Numbered from the stretch's first letter, positions 1 through 9,995 are shown. The stretch: DNA of 64,000 nucleotides from an uncultured delta proteobacterium (GCA_963812015.1 CAWETI010000002.1:192001-256000), one strand, 5' to 3'. Notes: generated from the sequence alone by a model not told the origin. Program-made: numbers and translations.

Positions 1-2091
1 TTTTTCCATGGCCTGACCGGAGGCCTGGTCAGCGCCGTACTTGACCAGGGAGACGTTGGACTCCAGCATTTCCCGCTTCTTGGTGCCCAGTTTCTTTTCC
101 AGGATTTTTTTGAAGCGCTGCTCGAATTCGCGCTCCGGCAGGATGCCCATCTCCCGGTTGATGAGGCCCAGGAAGGCGGCGCCGGGCAGGTTCCGGTTCA
201 GGTGCTGGAGGGCGGCCCGGGTGCCGTCGATGGTCATGAGCTTGATCTGCCGGTACTTGATCAAAGATTGCACCTGGGCCGGAAAGGTGGCCATGACATC
301 GTAGCAGCTTTTGGGGGTGTTAATCACCAAAAGGCCGTTTTCTTTCAAACCGCCCACGTATTCCCGGAGGATCTGGTCCGAAAGGAATTTCTCGTTGAAG
401 AAGGCCAGGACGTCCCGTTCGGTGAGTTCCGATGAGTTGCGGATGGGCTGCGCCGAGATGCGCAGGTTCATGAAGACCGGGGCGCCTTTCCGGGCGGCGC
501 CGTAGCGGGCCCCGGATTGAATGTACTTTTTCCCCGTACCGCTTTCCTGGGCATAGATGAGGGCCGCGGACTCCAGCGCGGTCTTGACGCCCTCGGCGCC
601 CACCCCGATGAAGGTCATACCCAACTCCCGCTCCAGGTAGCCGGGCAGGGGGGTGGGGCGGAGCGTCATGGGGCCTTCGATGCCCACGTAAAAATCCCGT
701 TGAAAGCGCCGCTTCTTTTCGTAAAAAGAGAGCATGTTTTCCACCACCGCGGCGGCGTCGTATTTATTGAAGTCCTTGCTGCCCAGGCCGTAGACCCCGT
801 GGAACAGGGTGGGCATGTCTTCCCGCCCATAGATGCGGTGCTCTTTCTTACCTTCCCGGCCGGCCCGGATGGAGATTTGCAGGGAGGCCTGCACGTCGGC
901 CAGGAGGAGCTGGTTGTGGGCGGTGCCCGCCCGCTCCATAACGGAGATTACCTTGGCCTTGCGCATGCCGTAGGCCAGCTCTTCGTAGCAGGGCGGGTTG
1001 AACAGCACCGGCCGCACCACCCCGATCTTGTAGCCCTTCACGTCCCGGTAGTAGTCCACCACGTCCTTGATCACGCCGGCGGCGGAGCCCAGGATGACCA
1101 CCACCATGTCGGCGTCTTCGGTGCGGTAGCAATCCACCACCTTGAGGTTGGAGCCCAGGATCTGGTTCATGATATTCATGGCCAGGGTGAAGCCCCGCCG
1201 GAAAAAGCGGTACGCCAGGTCCTGAGCCACCTGGCCTTCCATGGTCAGATCCGTGTCGGTAAAGGTGCCGGTGAGGGTGCCGTGCTCGAAGTTGGGCTGG
1301 TAAATGCGGTTGGGCGGCCCCACGTAATACTCCAGGAAGGCGTTGGAGAGTTCCTTGATGTTCTCGATGGCGTGGCTCTTGATGAAGCCGTCGCCGATGA
1401 CCATGGTGGGCAGCATCACCTGTTTGAGCTCACTCACCTTGTAAGCCACGGGCAACAGGTCGTGCAGTTCCTGGTTGTCCTCGCTGACTAACTGGGCCCA
1501 GCCGGCATTGCGCACCGCGTAGAAGTCGGTGTGGCCGCAGTGGATGCTCAACGAGCCCTTGTTGACCTCCCGGGCCATGACGGTCATCACCACTGGCAGA
1601 CGCTTGCCCGCCACGGAAAAGAGGTTCTTGGTCTTGAGGAGCAGGCCCTGGGACGAAGTGTTGTCGGCGTAGCGGCCGCCCTGCACCGCCATGGCCTCCA
1701 CCGCGGCAATGGCCGAGAGTTCGTCGCTGGGCTGAAAATACATCAGCTCGTTGCCGAAGAGGTTCTTTTGGCCGTTGGCCGCCACCCGGGCGAAGGTTTC
1801 GGCGATGGGGGTGGAAGGGGTGATGGGATAGCCGCAGAGACCGTCGACTAGGCGGGTCAGCACCGAAATGGCCGCCTGGTTGCCATCCATCAGGAGCTCC
1901 TGGCGTTTCTGCATATTCTCGAGCAGAGTGGGGGGGATAGAGGCCAGATCGAAGGCGAAGAGTTCGTTGGCGTCAAAGCGCTCCCATTCGGTGGGCCAGT
2001 CGATGGGCAGCACTTTGCCCTTCCTGACTTGCCGGAGCCGGTGGTAGGGGAGCTGCTGGCGCAAGGTATCGATTTCGGTGCTGGGTCGCAT
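1..2091 (-). CDS. por: Pyruvate:ferredoxin/flavodoxin oxidoreductase, fused alpha+gamma domains (runs off the window's left edge)
   Basis: Absent from the ORF track because there is no stop in the window. Manual translation from ATG 2091 (RBS AAGGAG) gives MRPSTEID...MDGNQAA...GYPITPSTPIAE...TSSQGLLL...GVYGLGSKDF...GVGAEGVKTA...YGAARKGAPV, i.e. PFOR alpha then gamma motifs, open to position 1. Confidence 0.92.
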   Translation of the reverse strand, partial: MRPSTEIDTLRQQLPYHRLRQVRKGKVLPIDWPTEWERFDANELFAFDLASIPPTLLENMQKRQELLMDGNQAAISVLTRLVDGLCGYPITPSTPIAETFARVAANGQKNLFGNELMYFQPSDELSAIAAVEAMAVQGGRYADNTSSQGLLLKTKNLFSVAGKRLPVVMTVMAREVNKGSLSIHCGHTDFYAVRNAGWAQLVSEDNQELHDLLPVAYKVSELKQVMLPTMVIGDGFIKSHAIENIKELSNAFLEYYVGPPNRIYQPNFEHGTLTGTFTDTDLTMEGQVAQDLAYRFFRRGFTLAMNIMNQILGSNLKVVDCYRTEDADMVVVILGSAAGVIKDVVDYYRDVKGYKIGVVRPVLFNPPCYEELAYGMRKAKVISVMERAGTAHNQLLLADVQASLQISIRAGREGKKEHRIYGREDMPTLFHGVYGLGSKDFNKYDAAAVVENMLSFYEKKRRFQRDFYVGIEGPMTLRPTPLPGYLERELGMTFIGVGAEGVKTALESAALIYAQESGTGKKYIQSGARYGAARKGAPVFMNLRISAQPIRNSSELTERDVLAFFNEKFLSDQILREYVGGLKENGLLVINTPKSCYDVMATFPAQVQSLIKYRQIKLMTIDGTRAALQHLNRNLPGAAFLGLINREMGILPEREFEQRFKKILEKKLGTKKREMLESNVSLVKYGADQASGQAMEK

Positions 2092-2220
2092 ATCGGCAAT
2101 CTCCTTAACAAGAATCTAGTCATTTCTTTATCGCAAATAAATCTAAGCTTGGCAATTAATTTTCAAGTTCCCATTGAATTATCCTTCAATAAATTGTAAA
2201 AATATTTTTGAAGGATAAAG

Positions 2221-3264
2221 ATGGCAGCCGATTATTCTTTTCGCGAATTTCAGGAAAGCCAGCAGCGCACCCTGGACCGGGCCGTCCGGGCGCATCAGGC
2301 CTATCGGGAAGCTGTGCAGGCCAGCCGGCCCTTCAAGGGGGGCATGCACTGGAAGAAGATCGCGGGCCGGGAATACTTATATAAATATCGGGATCGCTAC
2401 GGCCACGGCCGCAGCCTGGGGGCCCGCTCTCCGGACACGGAAGGCATGTGGGCCGACTTTACGGCCCAGCGCCGGGAGGCGGCTGCCCGCCTGGGCAAGC
2501 AACGGCAACTCCTGGCGGAGGCGGCCAGGTTCTGCCGGGCGGCCTTGATTCACCGAGTTCCCGACCCGGTCACCCGGATTTTGCGATATCTTACGGAGGG
2601 CGACCTGTCGGGAGGGCCGGTCATGGTGATCGGCACCCAGGCCTTGGCGGCCTATGAGTTTGCCGCGGGGGTTTTTATCGAGGCTCCCAAAGCCTCACCT
2701 TTCTGGTCGGGGGCCGGCAGCCGGCTCACCCTGGCGGCCCCGGCGGCGATCCCCCCGGCCGAACTCCTGGCCCGGCTGCGCCGGGCGGACCGCTCCTTTC
2801 AGGCCCTCCCCGGCCCAGGGTTTGTCGCCGTCAATAAAACCGGCTTTCGGGTCAGTTTTTTGACCCCACCCACGGTACGGCCCCCGCACCGGATCAGGGT
2901 CAAGGACGCCTCGAGCCCCCCCGTGCCCGCCGCCGCCGGCGATCTGGCCGCCCTGGTGCACTCCCCCAAGTTTTCCCAGGTGGTCATCGGCCGCCGGGGC
3001 GACCCGGTAACCATGGTGGTGCCCGACCCCCGGGCCCTGGCCCTCCACAAGCTCTGGCTGAGCCAGCAGGAGGACCGGGAGCCCGCCGCCAGAAGCCGGG
3101 ACCGCAGCCAGGCATCAGCCCTGGTGGAACTGATCCTGCGCTATCTGCCCCAGTATTATTTCTTTTCGGCCGAACTGCATCTGTTTCCGGCTGAGGCGAT
3201 CCGGCAGGCCGAAGGGTTGGTGGAAGGCTATGAGGTGGATGGGGACCTGGAAGGGGACTATTGA
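2221..3264 (+). CDS. GSU2403-family nucleotidyltransferase-fold protein, catalytic acidic residues apparently missing
   Basis: GGMHWKKIAGREYLY...SLGARSPDTE N-terminus, VIGTQALAAYEFAAGV and VPDPRALALHKLWLS...RDRSQA are family hallmarks. Confidence 0.75.
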   Translation: MAADYSFREFQESQQRTLDRAVRAHQAYREAVQASRPFKGGMHWKKIAGREYLYKYRDRYGHGRSLGARSPDTEGMWADFTAQRREAAARLGKQRQLLAEAARFCRAALIHRVPDPVTRILRYLTEGDLSGGPVMVIGTQALAAYEFAAGVFIEAPKASPFWSGAGSRLTLAAPAAIPPAELLARLRRADRSFQALPGPGFVAVNKTGFRVSFLTPPTVRPPHRIRVKDASSPPVPAAAGDLAALVHSPKFSQVVIGRRGDPVTMVVPDPRALALHKLWLSQQEDREPAARSRDRSQASALVELILRYLPQYYFFSAELHLFPAEAIRQAEGLVEGYEVDGDLEGDY

Positions 3265-3448
3265 GCTGCTGGCGCGCTGTCCGAGCTTCGGCTGCCCTAG
3301 CCGGCCACGCCACGGGGCCCCCCCTCGAAACCTGGAGGCGGGCCTTTTGGGGGCCAGCCGTTCACCGGGAGGAAGCCCAGGGGAAGGTTTGCACCCGCCG
3401 ATTTCCTCCTTATATTTGAACCAAGGCAGATGCTTTGGAGGTGGATGA

Positions 3449-4849
3449 ATGGATGGTACGGCCCATATCGTGCTCTCCCGGTTACAGTTCGCCCTGACCA
3501 CCATGTTTCACATCACCTGGGCGGCAACCTCCGTCGGCCTTAGCGCCCTGTTGGTGGTGATGGAGGGCCTGTGGCTGAAGATCGGAGATGACGCCTACTA
3601 TCATCATACCCGGTTCTGGGGGAAGCTGTTTCTCCTCAACTTCACGGTGGGGGTAGTCAGCGGCGTGCCCCTGGAGTTCCAGTTCGGCACCAACTGGGGG
3701 CCGTTCGCCGCGGCCACCGGCGGTTTTTTCGGCAACATCCTGGGCTTTGAAACGGTGATGGCCTTCATGCTGGAAGCCGGTTTCCTGGGCATCATGCTGT
3801 TCGGCTGGAACCGGGTGCGCCCCCAGGTCCACTTTTTGGCCACCTGTATGGTGGCCCTGGGGGCGTCTTTGAGCGCCTTCTGGATCCTGGTGGCTAATTC
3901 CTGGATGCAGACCCCCGCCGGCGGGCACTGGGAAGCCGGGCGCTATGTCTCCACCAGCTTCTGGGGCAGCCTGTTTAGCCCCGACATGCCCTGGGGGGTG
4001 TCTCATATGTGGGTGGCCTGCATTGAGTCCACCCTGTTCATGGTGGGCGGTATCAGCGCCTGGTACATCCTGAAAAAGCGCCACGTGGACTTCTTTACCA
4101 AGTCCTTCAAGGTGGCCGTGATGGCCGCGGTGGTCATGGCCCCCCTGCAAGTCTGGCTGGGAGACGGCTCGGGGCGCAGCGTGGCCCACACCCAGCCCAC
4201 CAAGCTGGCCGCCATGGAAGCCCACTGGCGGACCAATCCCCCGGGCCACGGCGCCGACTGGAAGCTCCTGGCCTGGCCCAATAAGGCCAAACAGGACAAC
4301 GACTGGACCTTTCTCACCATCCCCGACGGCTTGAGCCTGCTCATCACCCGCTCCTTTACCGGCCAGGTGAAGGGGCTCCGGGATTTCCCCCCGGAGGACC
4401 AACCGCCAATCGTCCTGCCGTTTTACACCTTCCGGATTATGATCGGCGTGGGGTTCGGCCTGTTCGGCCTCATGCTCTGGACCTTGTGGGGCTGGCGCCA
4501 AGGCTGGTTGACCCCGGTGCATATCGGCCGACAAAAATGGCTGCTCTCCGCCTGGGTGGCCGCCATTCCGGCCGGGATGGTGGCCATTGAGGCGGGCTGG
4601 ATCACCCGGGAGGTGGGCCGCCAGCCCTGGGTGATCTATGGGTTGCTGCGCACCTCTGAAGGGGCCTCTCGCCTGCCTGTCGCTGCGGTGGGCACCTCCC
4701 TTTTGGTCTACGGCGTCGTCTATACCATTCTGTTTACCGCCCTCATGATGTTTTTCTGGCGCATCCTGAAAACGGGGCCGGATCTCACCCGGCCGGCGCC
4801 CCAGCCGGGTAAGACGAGGGCGGAGCAAGGAGCCTGGCCATGGCAATGA
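3449..4849 (+). CDS. cydA: Cytochrome bd quinol oxidase subunit I
   Basis: LSRLQFA, EFQFGTNW, ANSWMQTP, QPTKLAAME and EVGRQPW motifs. Confidence 0.97.
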   Translation: MDGTAHIVLSRLQFALTTMFHITWAATSVGLSALLVVMEGLWLKIGDDAYYHHTRFWGKLFLLNFTVGVVSGVPLEFQFGTNWGPFAAATGGFFGNILGFETVMAFMLEAGFLGIMLFGWNRVRPQVHFLATCMVALGASLSAFWILVANSWMQTPAGGHWEAGRYVSTSFWGSLFSPDMPWGVSHMWVACIESTLFMVGGISAWYILKKRHVDFFTKSFKVAVMAAVVMAPLQVWLGDGSGRSVAHTQPTKLAAMEAHWRTNPPGHGADWKLLAWPNKAKQDNDWTFLTIPDGLSLLITRSFTGQVKGLRDFPPEDQPPIVLPFYTFRIMIGVGFGLFGLMLWTLWGWRQGWLTPVHIGRQKWLLSAWVAAIPAGMVAIEAGWITREVGRQPWVIYGLLRTSEGASRLPVAAVGTSLLVYGVVYTILFTALMMFFWRILKTGPDLTRPAPQPGKTRAEQGAWPWQ

Positions 4850-5850
4850 TCCTCCCAGACCTCTGGTTCGCCCTGGTGGGCTTCATTCTCTTCCTGGCCG
4901 TGGTCTCGGACGGGTTTGACCTGGGCATCGGCATCCTCTCCCTCTTGACCCGGGATGAGCACCGCCGCAGCATGCTCATGGGCAGCATCGGCCCCGTCTG
5001 GCATGCCAACCTCACCTGGCTGGTGGTCCTGGGCGGGGTGTTCTTCGGGGCCTTTCCCGTGGCCTACGCCCTGATCTTTTCCGCCCTCTACATTCCGGTG
5101 ATCGTGATGCTAGTCGCCCTGGCTTTTCGGGGGGTGTCCTTCGACTTTCGGGAGGAAGCCCGGGACCAGGGCCCCTGGAATCTCGCCTTCGGCCTGGGGA
5201 GCCTGGCGGCCGCCCTGGCCCAGGGCTTTGCGGTGGGCGCCTTCCTCGGCGGCCTCAACCTGGCGGGCGATAAATTCGCCGGAGGCGTGTGGGACTGGCT
5301 CAACCCCTTTGCGGCCCTGGTGGCCCTGGGCCTGGTCTGCGGCTATGTGCTCCTGGGGGCCGCCTACCTCATCATGAAGACCGAGGGCGATCTCCAGCAC
5401 GACAATTACCGCTATGCCCAGGCCACGGTTTGGTCGCTACTCATCGTTACCGGGGCGGTGGGCTTGTGGGCCAGCGTCAAGTATTCTTTTCTGGCCCGCA
5501 AGTGGTTTAGCTGGCCGGAGGCGATGCTTACCACCGGTCCCACCTGCCTGGGGGTGGTGGCCTTCATCCTGGTCATCCGCAGCCTCCTGAAACTCCGGGA
5601 GACCGCCCCCTTTGTCTGGAGCCTGGTCGGGTTCGCCCTCATGATGTTTGCCGCCGCCGCCAGCCTCTATCCCTACGTGATCCCGCCGATCCTCACCCTC
5701 AAGGCGGCCGCGGCCCCCACCCTGACCCTGATGACTATGCTCGTTTTTGTCGGGATTTTGCTGCCGGTCATGCTGCTGTATAACGCCTATCAGTACCGGG
5801 TTTTCCGGGGCAAGACCACCGGACGTGGCTACGGCGCCTACGAGGAGTGA
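4840..5850 (+). CDS. cydB: Cytochrome bd quinol oxidase subunit II
   Basis: DGFDLGIG, GPVWHAN.TWLV and FRGVSFDFR motifs; overlaps the cydA stop. Confidence 0.96.
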   Translation: MAMILPDLWFALVGFILFLAVVSDGFDLGIGILSLLTRDEHRRSMLMGSIGPVWHANLTWLVVLGGVFFGAFPVAYALIFSALYIPVIVMLVALAFRGVSFDFREEARDQGPWNLAFGLGSLAAALAQGFAVGAFLGGLNLAGDKFAGGVWDWLNPFAALVALGLVCGYVLLGAAYLIMKTEGDLQHDNYRYAQATVWSLLIVTGAVGLWASVKYSFLARKWFSWPEAMLTTGPTCLGVVAFILVIRSLLKLRETAPFVWSLVGFALMMFAAAASLYPYVIPPILTLKAAAAPTLTLMTMLVFVGILLPVMLLYNAYQYRVFRGKTTGRGYGAYEE

Positions 5851-5921
5851 GTCGAGACGGGACGACGGTGGGCGGGGTATTTGGGGGGGAGGGAGGGCGG
5901 GGGTACTTACAAAAAATTAAT

Positions 5922-6103
5922 TATAGCAATTGCCAAAAGTTTTTTCCGTTATGGCACATGCTCCAAGAACCTGAATCCCCCCTCCCCCCCTTTTACAAAG
6001 GGGGGAACTTAGCGGAATTCCTTTTAAAGTCCCCCTTTGAAAAAGGGGGATTTAGGGGGATTTAAAAACTATCACCGAGAGGGAATTTTTGGCAAACGCT
6101 CTA
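5922..6103. mobile_element. MITE-like element with TA ends and imperfect terminal inverted repeats, containing REP-like hairpins
   Basis: Left end TATAGCAATTGCCAAAAG; right end reverse complement TAGAGCGTTTGCCAAAAA. Internal hairpins CCCCCCCTTTTACAAAGGGGGG and TCCCCCTTTGAAAAAGGGGGA. Confidence 0.6.
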
Positions 6104-6697
6104 ATCCTTCTTGACGACCACCGCCAGGATACCGAACATTTTTTGTTCCAGGCGGCCCTGGAGGGTAAAGCCCGTCTCCTGGAGGGCCCGGTGCAGGTCA
6201 TGGCTGTAAAAGCGGTCGTGTTCCGGGTGCAGGAAGATGCGCCGGGCCAGGAAATTCTGATAAAACTGGGGGTAAAACTCCTCCAGGAAGTAGATGCCCC
6301 CGGGTTTGAGCACCCGGGCGATTTCCCCCAGGCCCCCCCGCCAATCCGGCAGATGGTGGAGCACCCCGAAGCCGAAGACGGCGTCCAGAACCCCGTCCCG
6401 GTAAGGCAGCCTCAGGGCATCCCCCACGTAGAGCGAAATCTTGTCCTTGAACTCCGGTTTCAGGTACCTCCCGGCCATAAGGATCATCCGGAGGTCCAGG
6501 TCGAAGGCGTGGAGGGTGGCGGGGTGAAACGCCTCCTGGATGAGGCAGGCTCCGGCCCCCCGGCCGCAGCCGATCTCCAGCACCCGGGCCTGGGGTGTAA
6601 TCCGGGTCACGCTTTTAATCCACTTGATGATGCGGCGCTGGATCATGACCCGTACCGGGTTATTGACCACCAGCCGCTCGGCCCAGTTGAGCTTCAT
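6101..6697 (-). CDS. Class I SAM-dependent methyltransferase
   Basis: VLEIGCGRG motif I, GDALRLPY, LHH..DW and RVLKPGG. Confidence 0.9.
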   Translation of the reverse strand: MKLNWAERLVVNNPVRVMIQRRIIKWIKSVTRITPQARVLEIGCGRGAGACLIQEAFHPATLHAFDLDLRMILMAGRYLKPEFKDKISLYVGDALRLPYRDGVLDAVFGFGVLHHLPDWRGGLGEIARVLKPGGIYFLEEFYPQFYQNFLARRIFLHPEHDRFYSHDLHRALQETGFTLQGRLEQKMFGILAVVVKKD

Positions 6698-7476
6698 GGC
6701 TTTACCCCCAGATGGATCACCGCGATGCCGTTGGTGAGGCGGCGGTATCTGACCCGGGTAAAGCCGATTTCGGTGAGGACTGCCGACAATTCTTCAGGTT
6801 GGGAGAACATCCGGATGGATTCGGGGAGATAGGTGTAAGCGTCCCAGGACCCCACCATGATCTTGCCCACGGCGGGCATGAGGTAAAAGGAGTAAAAGTC
6901 ATAGAGCCGGCGGAACCAGGCGGTCTTGGGCTTGGAGAACTCCAGACACATCATCTGGCCGCCAGGCTTCAACACCCGGAACATTTCCTGAAAGCCCACC
7001 TCGGGGTGAGTCAGGTTGCGAATCCCGAAACCCACCATGGCCGCGTCGAAGCTGGCATCCGGGCAGGGGAGGCGCTCTGCGTCCCCCTGGATATAGGCGA
7101 TGCGGGGGGCCAGGGAGGCGCGGACCACTTTGGGCCATCCCGCCGCCATCATGGCCCAGTTGATGTCATAGACCACCACCCGGCCGGCGCTGCCGATGGC
7201 CCGGGCGGCCCGGATGGCCAGGTCGGCGGTGCCGCCGCACACGTCCAGGACCCGGTCTCCCGGCTTTAACTCCAACCGGCGCACCGCGGCAAACTTCCAC
7301 AGGTGGTGGAGGCCGAAGCTCAAAAGGGTGTTCATCAAGTCGTATTTCCGGGCCACCGTGTCGAAGTGGTGGTGCACCAGCTTCTCTTTTTCCGCCTCGG
7401 CCACCTGTTGATAACCGAAATAGGTGGTGCGGGGTTCGGGACCCGTAAGGTCCTGGGACTCGCGGTCAAACTTCAT
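6694..7476 (-). CDS. ubiE: Demethylmenaquinone methyltransferase UbiE/MenG
   Basis: FDTVARKYDLMNTLLSFGLHHLWK, LDVCGGTAD, GFGIRN and YTYLPESI. Confidence 0.95.
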   Translation of the reverse strand: MKFDRESQDLTGPEPRTTYFGYQQVAEAEKEKLVHHHFDTVARKYDLMNTLLSFGLHHLWKFAAVRRLELKPGDRVLDVCGGTADLAIRAARAIGSAGRVVVYDINWAMMAAGWPKVVRASLAPRIAYIQGDAERLPCPDASFDAAMVGFGIRNLTHPEVGFQEMFRVLKPGGQMMCLEFSKPKTAWFRRLYDFYSFYLMPAVGKIMVGSWDAYTYLPESIRMFSQPEELSAVLTEIGFTRVRYRRLTNGIAVIHLGVKP

Positions 7477-7690
7477 GGTGGGGCCTTTCCTGGGTTGGCG
7501 GCTTGGCCCATCTCCCGGCGCCGAACCCGGAGATGAGGCGTTTCAGGTCAGTTTTTATTCTATCAAGTCAGGCCTTGAGGCGGCAGGAAAATCTTCCGCC
7601 CTGAACGCGGACCGCCAAGGTGCGGTTATCAGGAGGATAGTCGGCCAGGTTACTAGCTCATAAGGGCTCATAAAGCCGGGGGAAATGACC

Positions 7691-7712
7691 AGGGCGACCC
7701 GGAGGTCGCCCT
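7691..7712. terminator. GC hairpin downstream of hmcF (possible terminator)
   Basis: AGGGCGACC-CGGA-GGTCGCCCT is a perfect 9-bp stem; there is no clear U-tract. Confidence 0.4.
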
Positions 7713-7774
7713 GTCTGTGGTCGATGGGTAAAGCGGCTTGTGAGAAAGGCTGTGGTCACAGGTCCTGGCTAACC

Positions 7775-9175
7775 TTACTCTTCCTCTTCTTCCTTGGGCT
7801 TGAGATGCTCGGGCACGATGGCCATCTTGATGAGCAGAGGTTTCAAAAAGGTCTGCTTAATGCCCTGTTCGTACACCTCTTCCAGGTCCCGGATGGCGTC
7901 CCAGCAGTTGTGGCAGGGGGTGACCACCAGGTTGGCGCCGGTGGCCAGGATCTGGTCGCGCTTGACCTTCAGGCCCATGTTGCGCTGCTGCCGGTAGATG
8001 CCCAAACCGTTGATGCCGCCGCCGCCCCCGCAACAGAAGTTGTACTCCCGGTTGGGCGACATCTCCACGAAGTAGCCGGGCTCCACCAGGTAGCTCATGA
8101 TCTCCCGGGTGATGTCGGCCAGCCCGTAGTTGCGGATGTAGTTGCAGGAGTCTTGTAAAGTGACCAGCTCCTTGATCCGCTTAGTCGGGTCGATCTTGAT
8201 CTTGCCGGTGCGGAGGGCCTCGGCGACCCACTCCACGTAATGGAAATAAGGCGCCGGCGGCCTGCCGTCCGGGCGGCCGGCCCAGTAAGGCCCCTCGATG
8301 ACCGTGGCCCGGTGCGCGTGGCCGCATTCCGTGCCCAGAACCCGCTTGGGCTTGAGCCGCTCAATGGCCGCATAGACGCTGTCGACCTGCATCTTGCAAC
8401 CTTCCCAGTCCCCGGCAAACATCGTCAAAGAAGTCTGTTCCCAACCCTCGCTGGTGACGGTCCAGTTTTCGCCGGCCAGGTGGAAGAGGATGGCGGCGTC
8501 GGCAATGTCCTCGGGATAGTGTTTGGGCTCCCGGGCGTTACAGGTGTAGAGGATATCCGCCCCGACTTTGTCCACGGGGATCTCGAGGCCCGGCCACTCA
8601 TCCTGCTGTTCATCGGCCATCCATTCGACGGTTTCAACCCAGTCCTCAGAGGTCACGTCCATCTGGGCGCGGTAGATGCGGTGCATGCCCGAGCCGATCT
8701 TGAGCTCCCAAGGCACAAAGCCCTGGGAGAAGCACAGGCCCCTGAGGTAGCCGAACATGACGCCCATGTCGATGCCGTAAGGGCAGAAGCTGCCGCAACG
8801 GTTGCAGCAGGTGCATTTGCCCCAGGCCACATCCATGCAGTAGCGCATGTGGGCATTGTCCACGTTGCCCTTCTGTTTGACAATTTTGCCCAGGGTGGAA
8901 ATGATTTTGTGCGACGGCACCTGGGTGGGATCCCTGTGGTTGGCCAGATAAAAGAAGCAGGTGTCACCGCAGAGGCCGCAGTGGGCGCATAATTCCAGCC
9001 AGGCCTGCATGCGGGATTTAAAGGTGGCCTCCAGGGATTTGCGAAGCTTCTCGGTGTCGACATCGAGATGCTTCATCTCTTCATAATATTTTTTGCCGCC
9101 CTTGTCACCGAGCACCAAATCGAGCTGCTCTTTGGTATTAATGGGGGTTTTGTTGCAATAGATTCCTTCCGGCAT
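7775..9175 (-). CDS. hmcF: HmcF, Fe-S/CCG-domain protein (DsrK/HdrD-like)
   Basis: [11 protein letters not shown] and [12 protein letters not shown] ferredoxin motifs, ECGH, CCGGGG and PCHNC; last gene of the hmc operon. Confidence 0.92.
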   Translation of the reverse strand: MPEGIYCNKTPINTKEQLDLVLGDKGGKKYYEEMKHLDVDTEKLRKSLEATFKSRMQAWLELCAHCGLCGDTCFFYLANHRDPTQVPSHKIISTLGKIVKQKGNVDNAHMRYCMDVAWGKCTCCNRCGSFCPYGIDMGVMFGYLRGLCFSQGFVPWELKIGSGMHRIYRAQMDVTSEDWVETVEWMADEQQDEWPGLEIPVDKVGADILYTCNAREPKHYPEDIADAAILFHLAGENWTVTSEGWEQTSLTMFAGDWEGCKMQVDSVYAAIERLKPKRVLGTECGHAHRATVIEGPYWAGRPDGRPPAPYFHYVEWVAEALRTGKIKIDPTKRIKELVTLQDSCNYIRNYGLADITREIMSYLVEPGYFVEMSPNREYNFCCGGGGGINGLGIYRQQRNMGLKVKRDQILATGANLVVTPCHNCWDAIRDLEEVYEQGIKQTFLKPLLIKMAIVPEHLKPKEEEEE

Positions 9176-9265
9176 AATTTTTACTCCTTTGCTTGCCGGT
9201 CTTGTCGGGGGCCAACGCCTCTCGACGGGTCATGGCAGAGAAATTCTCTACACATTATTTGTTAT

Positions 9266-9274
9266 AGTATATCA
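9266..9274 (-). promoter_or_regulatory. Possible internal extended -10 promoter for hmcF
   Basis: Minus strand reads TGaTATACT in an AT-rich 103-bp hmcE-hmcF gap; no good -35. Confidence 0.35.
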
Positions 9275-9278
9275 CACC

Positions 9279-9956
9279 TTACCAGGCAAAGCCTCCCTTG
9301 GCCTTGTAGGCGCGCTTGATGCCGAAGTCGGCTCCAATCTGGCCCCGGGAGAGGAAGAAGCCCACAATATGATAGAGCTTGGTGAACGGAATGGCGATGA
9401 GCAGGAGTTCACCGCTCAAAATGTGCGTATACAGCCAGAACTCGTAATCCCCGAACTGGTGCACGGCCAGAAAGCCGGAGACGAAGGGGGTCACGGTGAT
9501 CAGGAGCAGGAAGTAATCGTAAAGCGTCGTGACGATCCTCACCTCCGGCAAGCCGATGCGGCGCAGGGCGATGCACACCGTGGTGACGATGACGGTAATG
9601 GTCAGGACGTCGGCCAGGGCCATGGAGATGGACGGCCAATGGATGCCCCAGCGCTGCTGGATGATGATCGCATGGCCTTGCAGGAACAGCGGGGTGACCA
9701 CCAGCCCCACATGGAAGGCGAAGAATATGGTGGTGTAGAGGGGCTTGGCGCGCCAGCCATGAGACCCGTAAGGGATGAGCCAGTGGATGATGGAGCTGAG
9801 GGCGCCCTTGAGGCCCTGGAGGGGATGCGCCTTGTAGGCCACCCGGTCGAGCTTCCAGTCCAGGCCCTGGATGTAGCGCACCACCCGCACGATCAGCCCG
9901 ACGAAACAGACCCCGAAGGACAGCCAGAGTAGGGGACCGGTGATGAATTGATACAT
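9279..9956 (-). CDS. hmcE: HmcE, NarI-type membrane cytochrome b
   Basis: MYQFITGPLLWLSF, multiple TM helices, heme-ligand histidines and IPFTKLYH. Confidence 0.92.
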   Translation of the reverse strand: MYQFITGPLLWLSFGVCFVGLIVRVVRYIQGLDWKLDRVAYKAHPLQGLKGALSSIIHWLIPYGSHGWRAKPLYTTIFFAFHVGLVVTPLFLQGHAIIIQQRWGIHWPSISMALADVLTITVIVTTVCIALRRIGLPEVRIVTTLYDYFLLLITVTPFVSGFLAVHQFGDYEFWLYTHILSGELLLIAIPFTKLYHIVGFFLSRGQIGADFGIKRAYKAKGGFAW

Positions 9957-9995
9957 ATGCGACTCCTCCGCAAGGCCGCCAGGCGGCCTGCAGCG

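Noticed and set aside
41..1851. Plus-strand ORFs such as 517-1491 (324 aa)
   Set aside because: Antisense shadows of the minus-strand PFOR gene. The same applies to the many long antisense ORFs over cydA, hmc, guaB, metK, ahcY and the kinases in this high-GC DNA.
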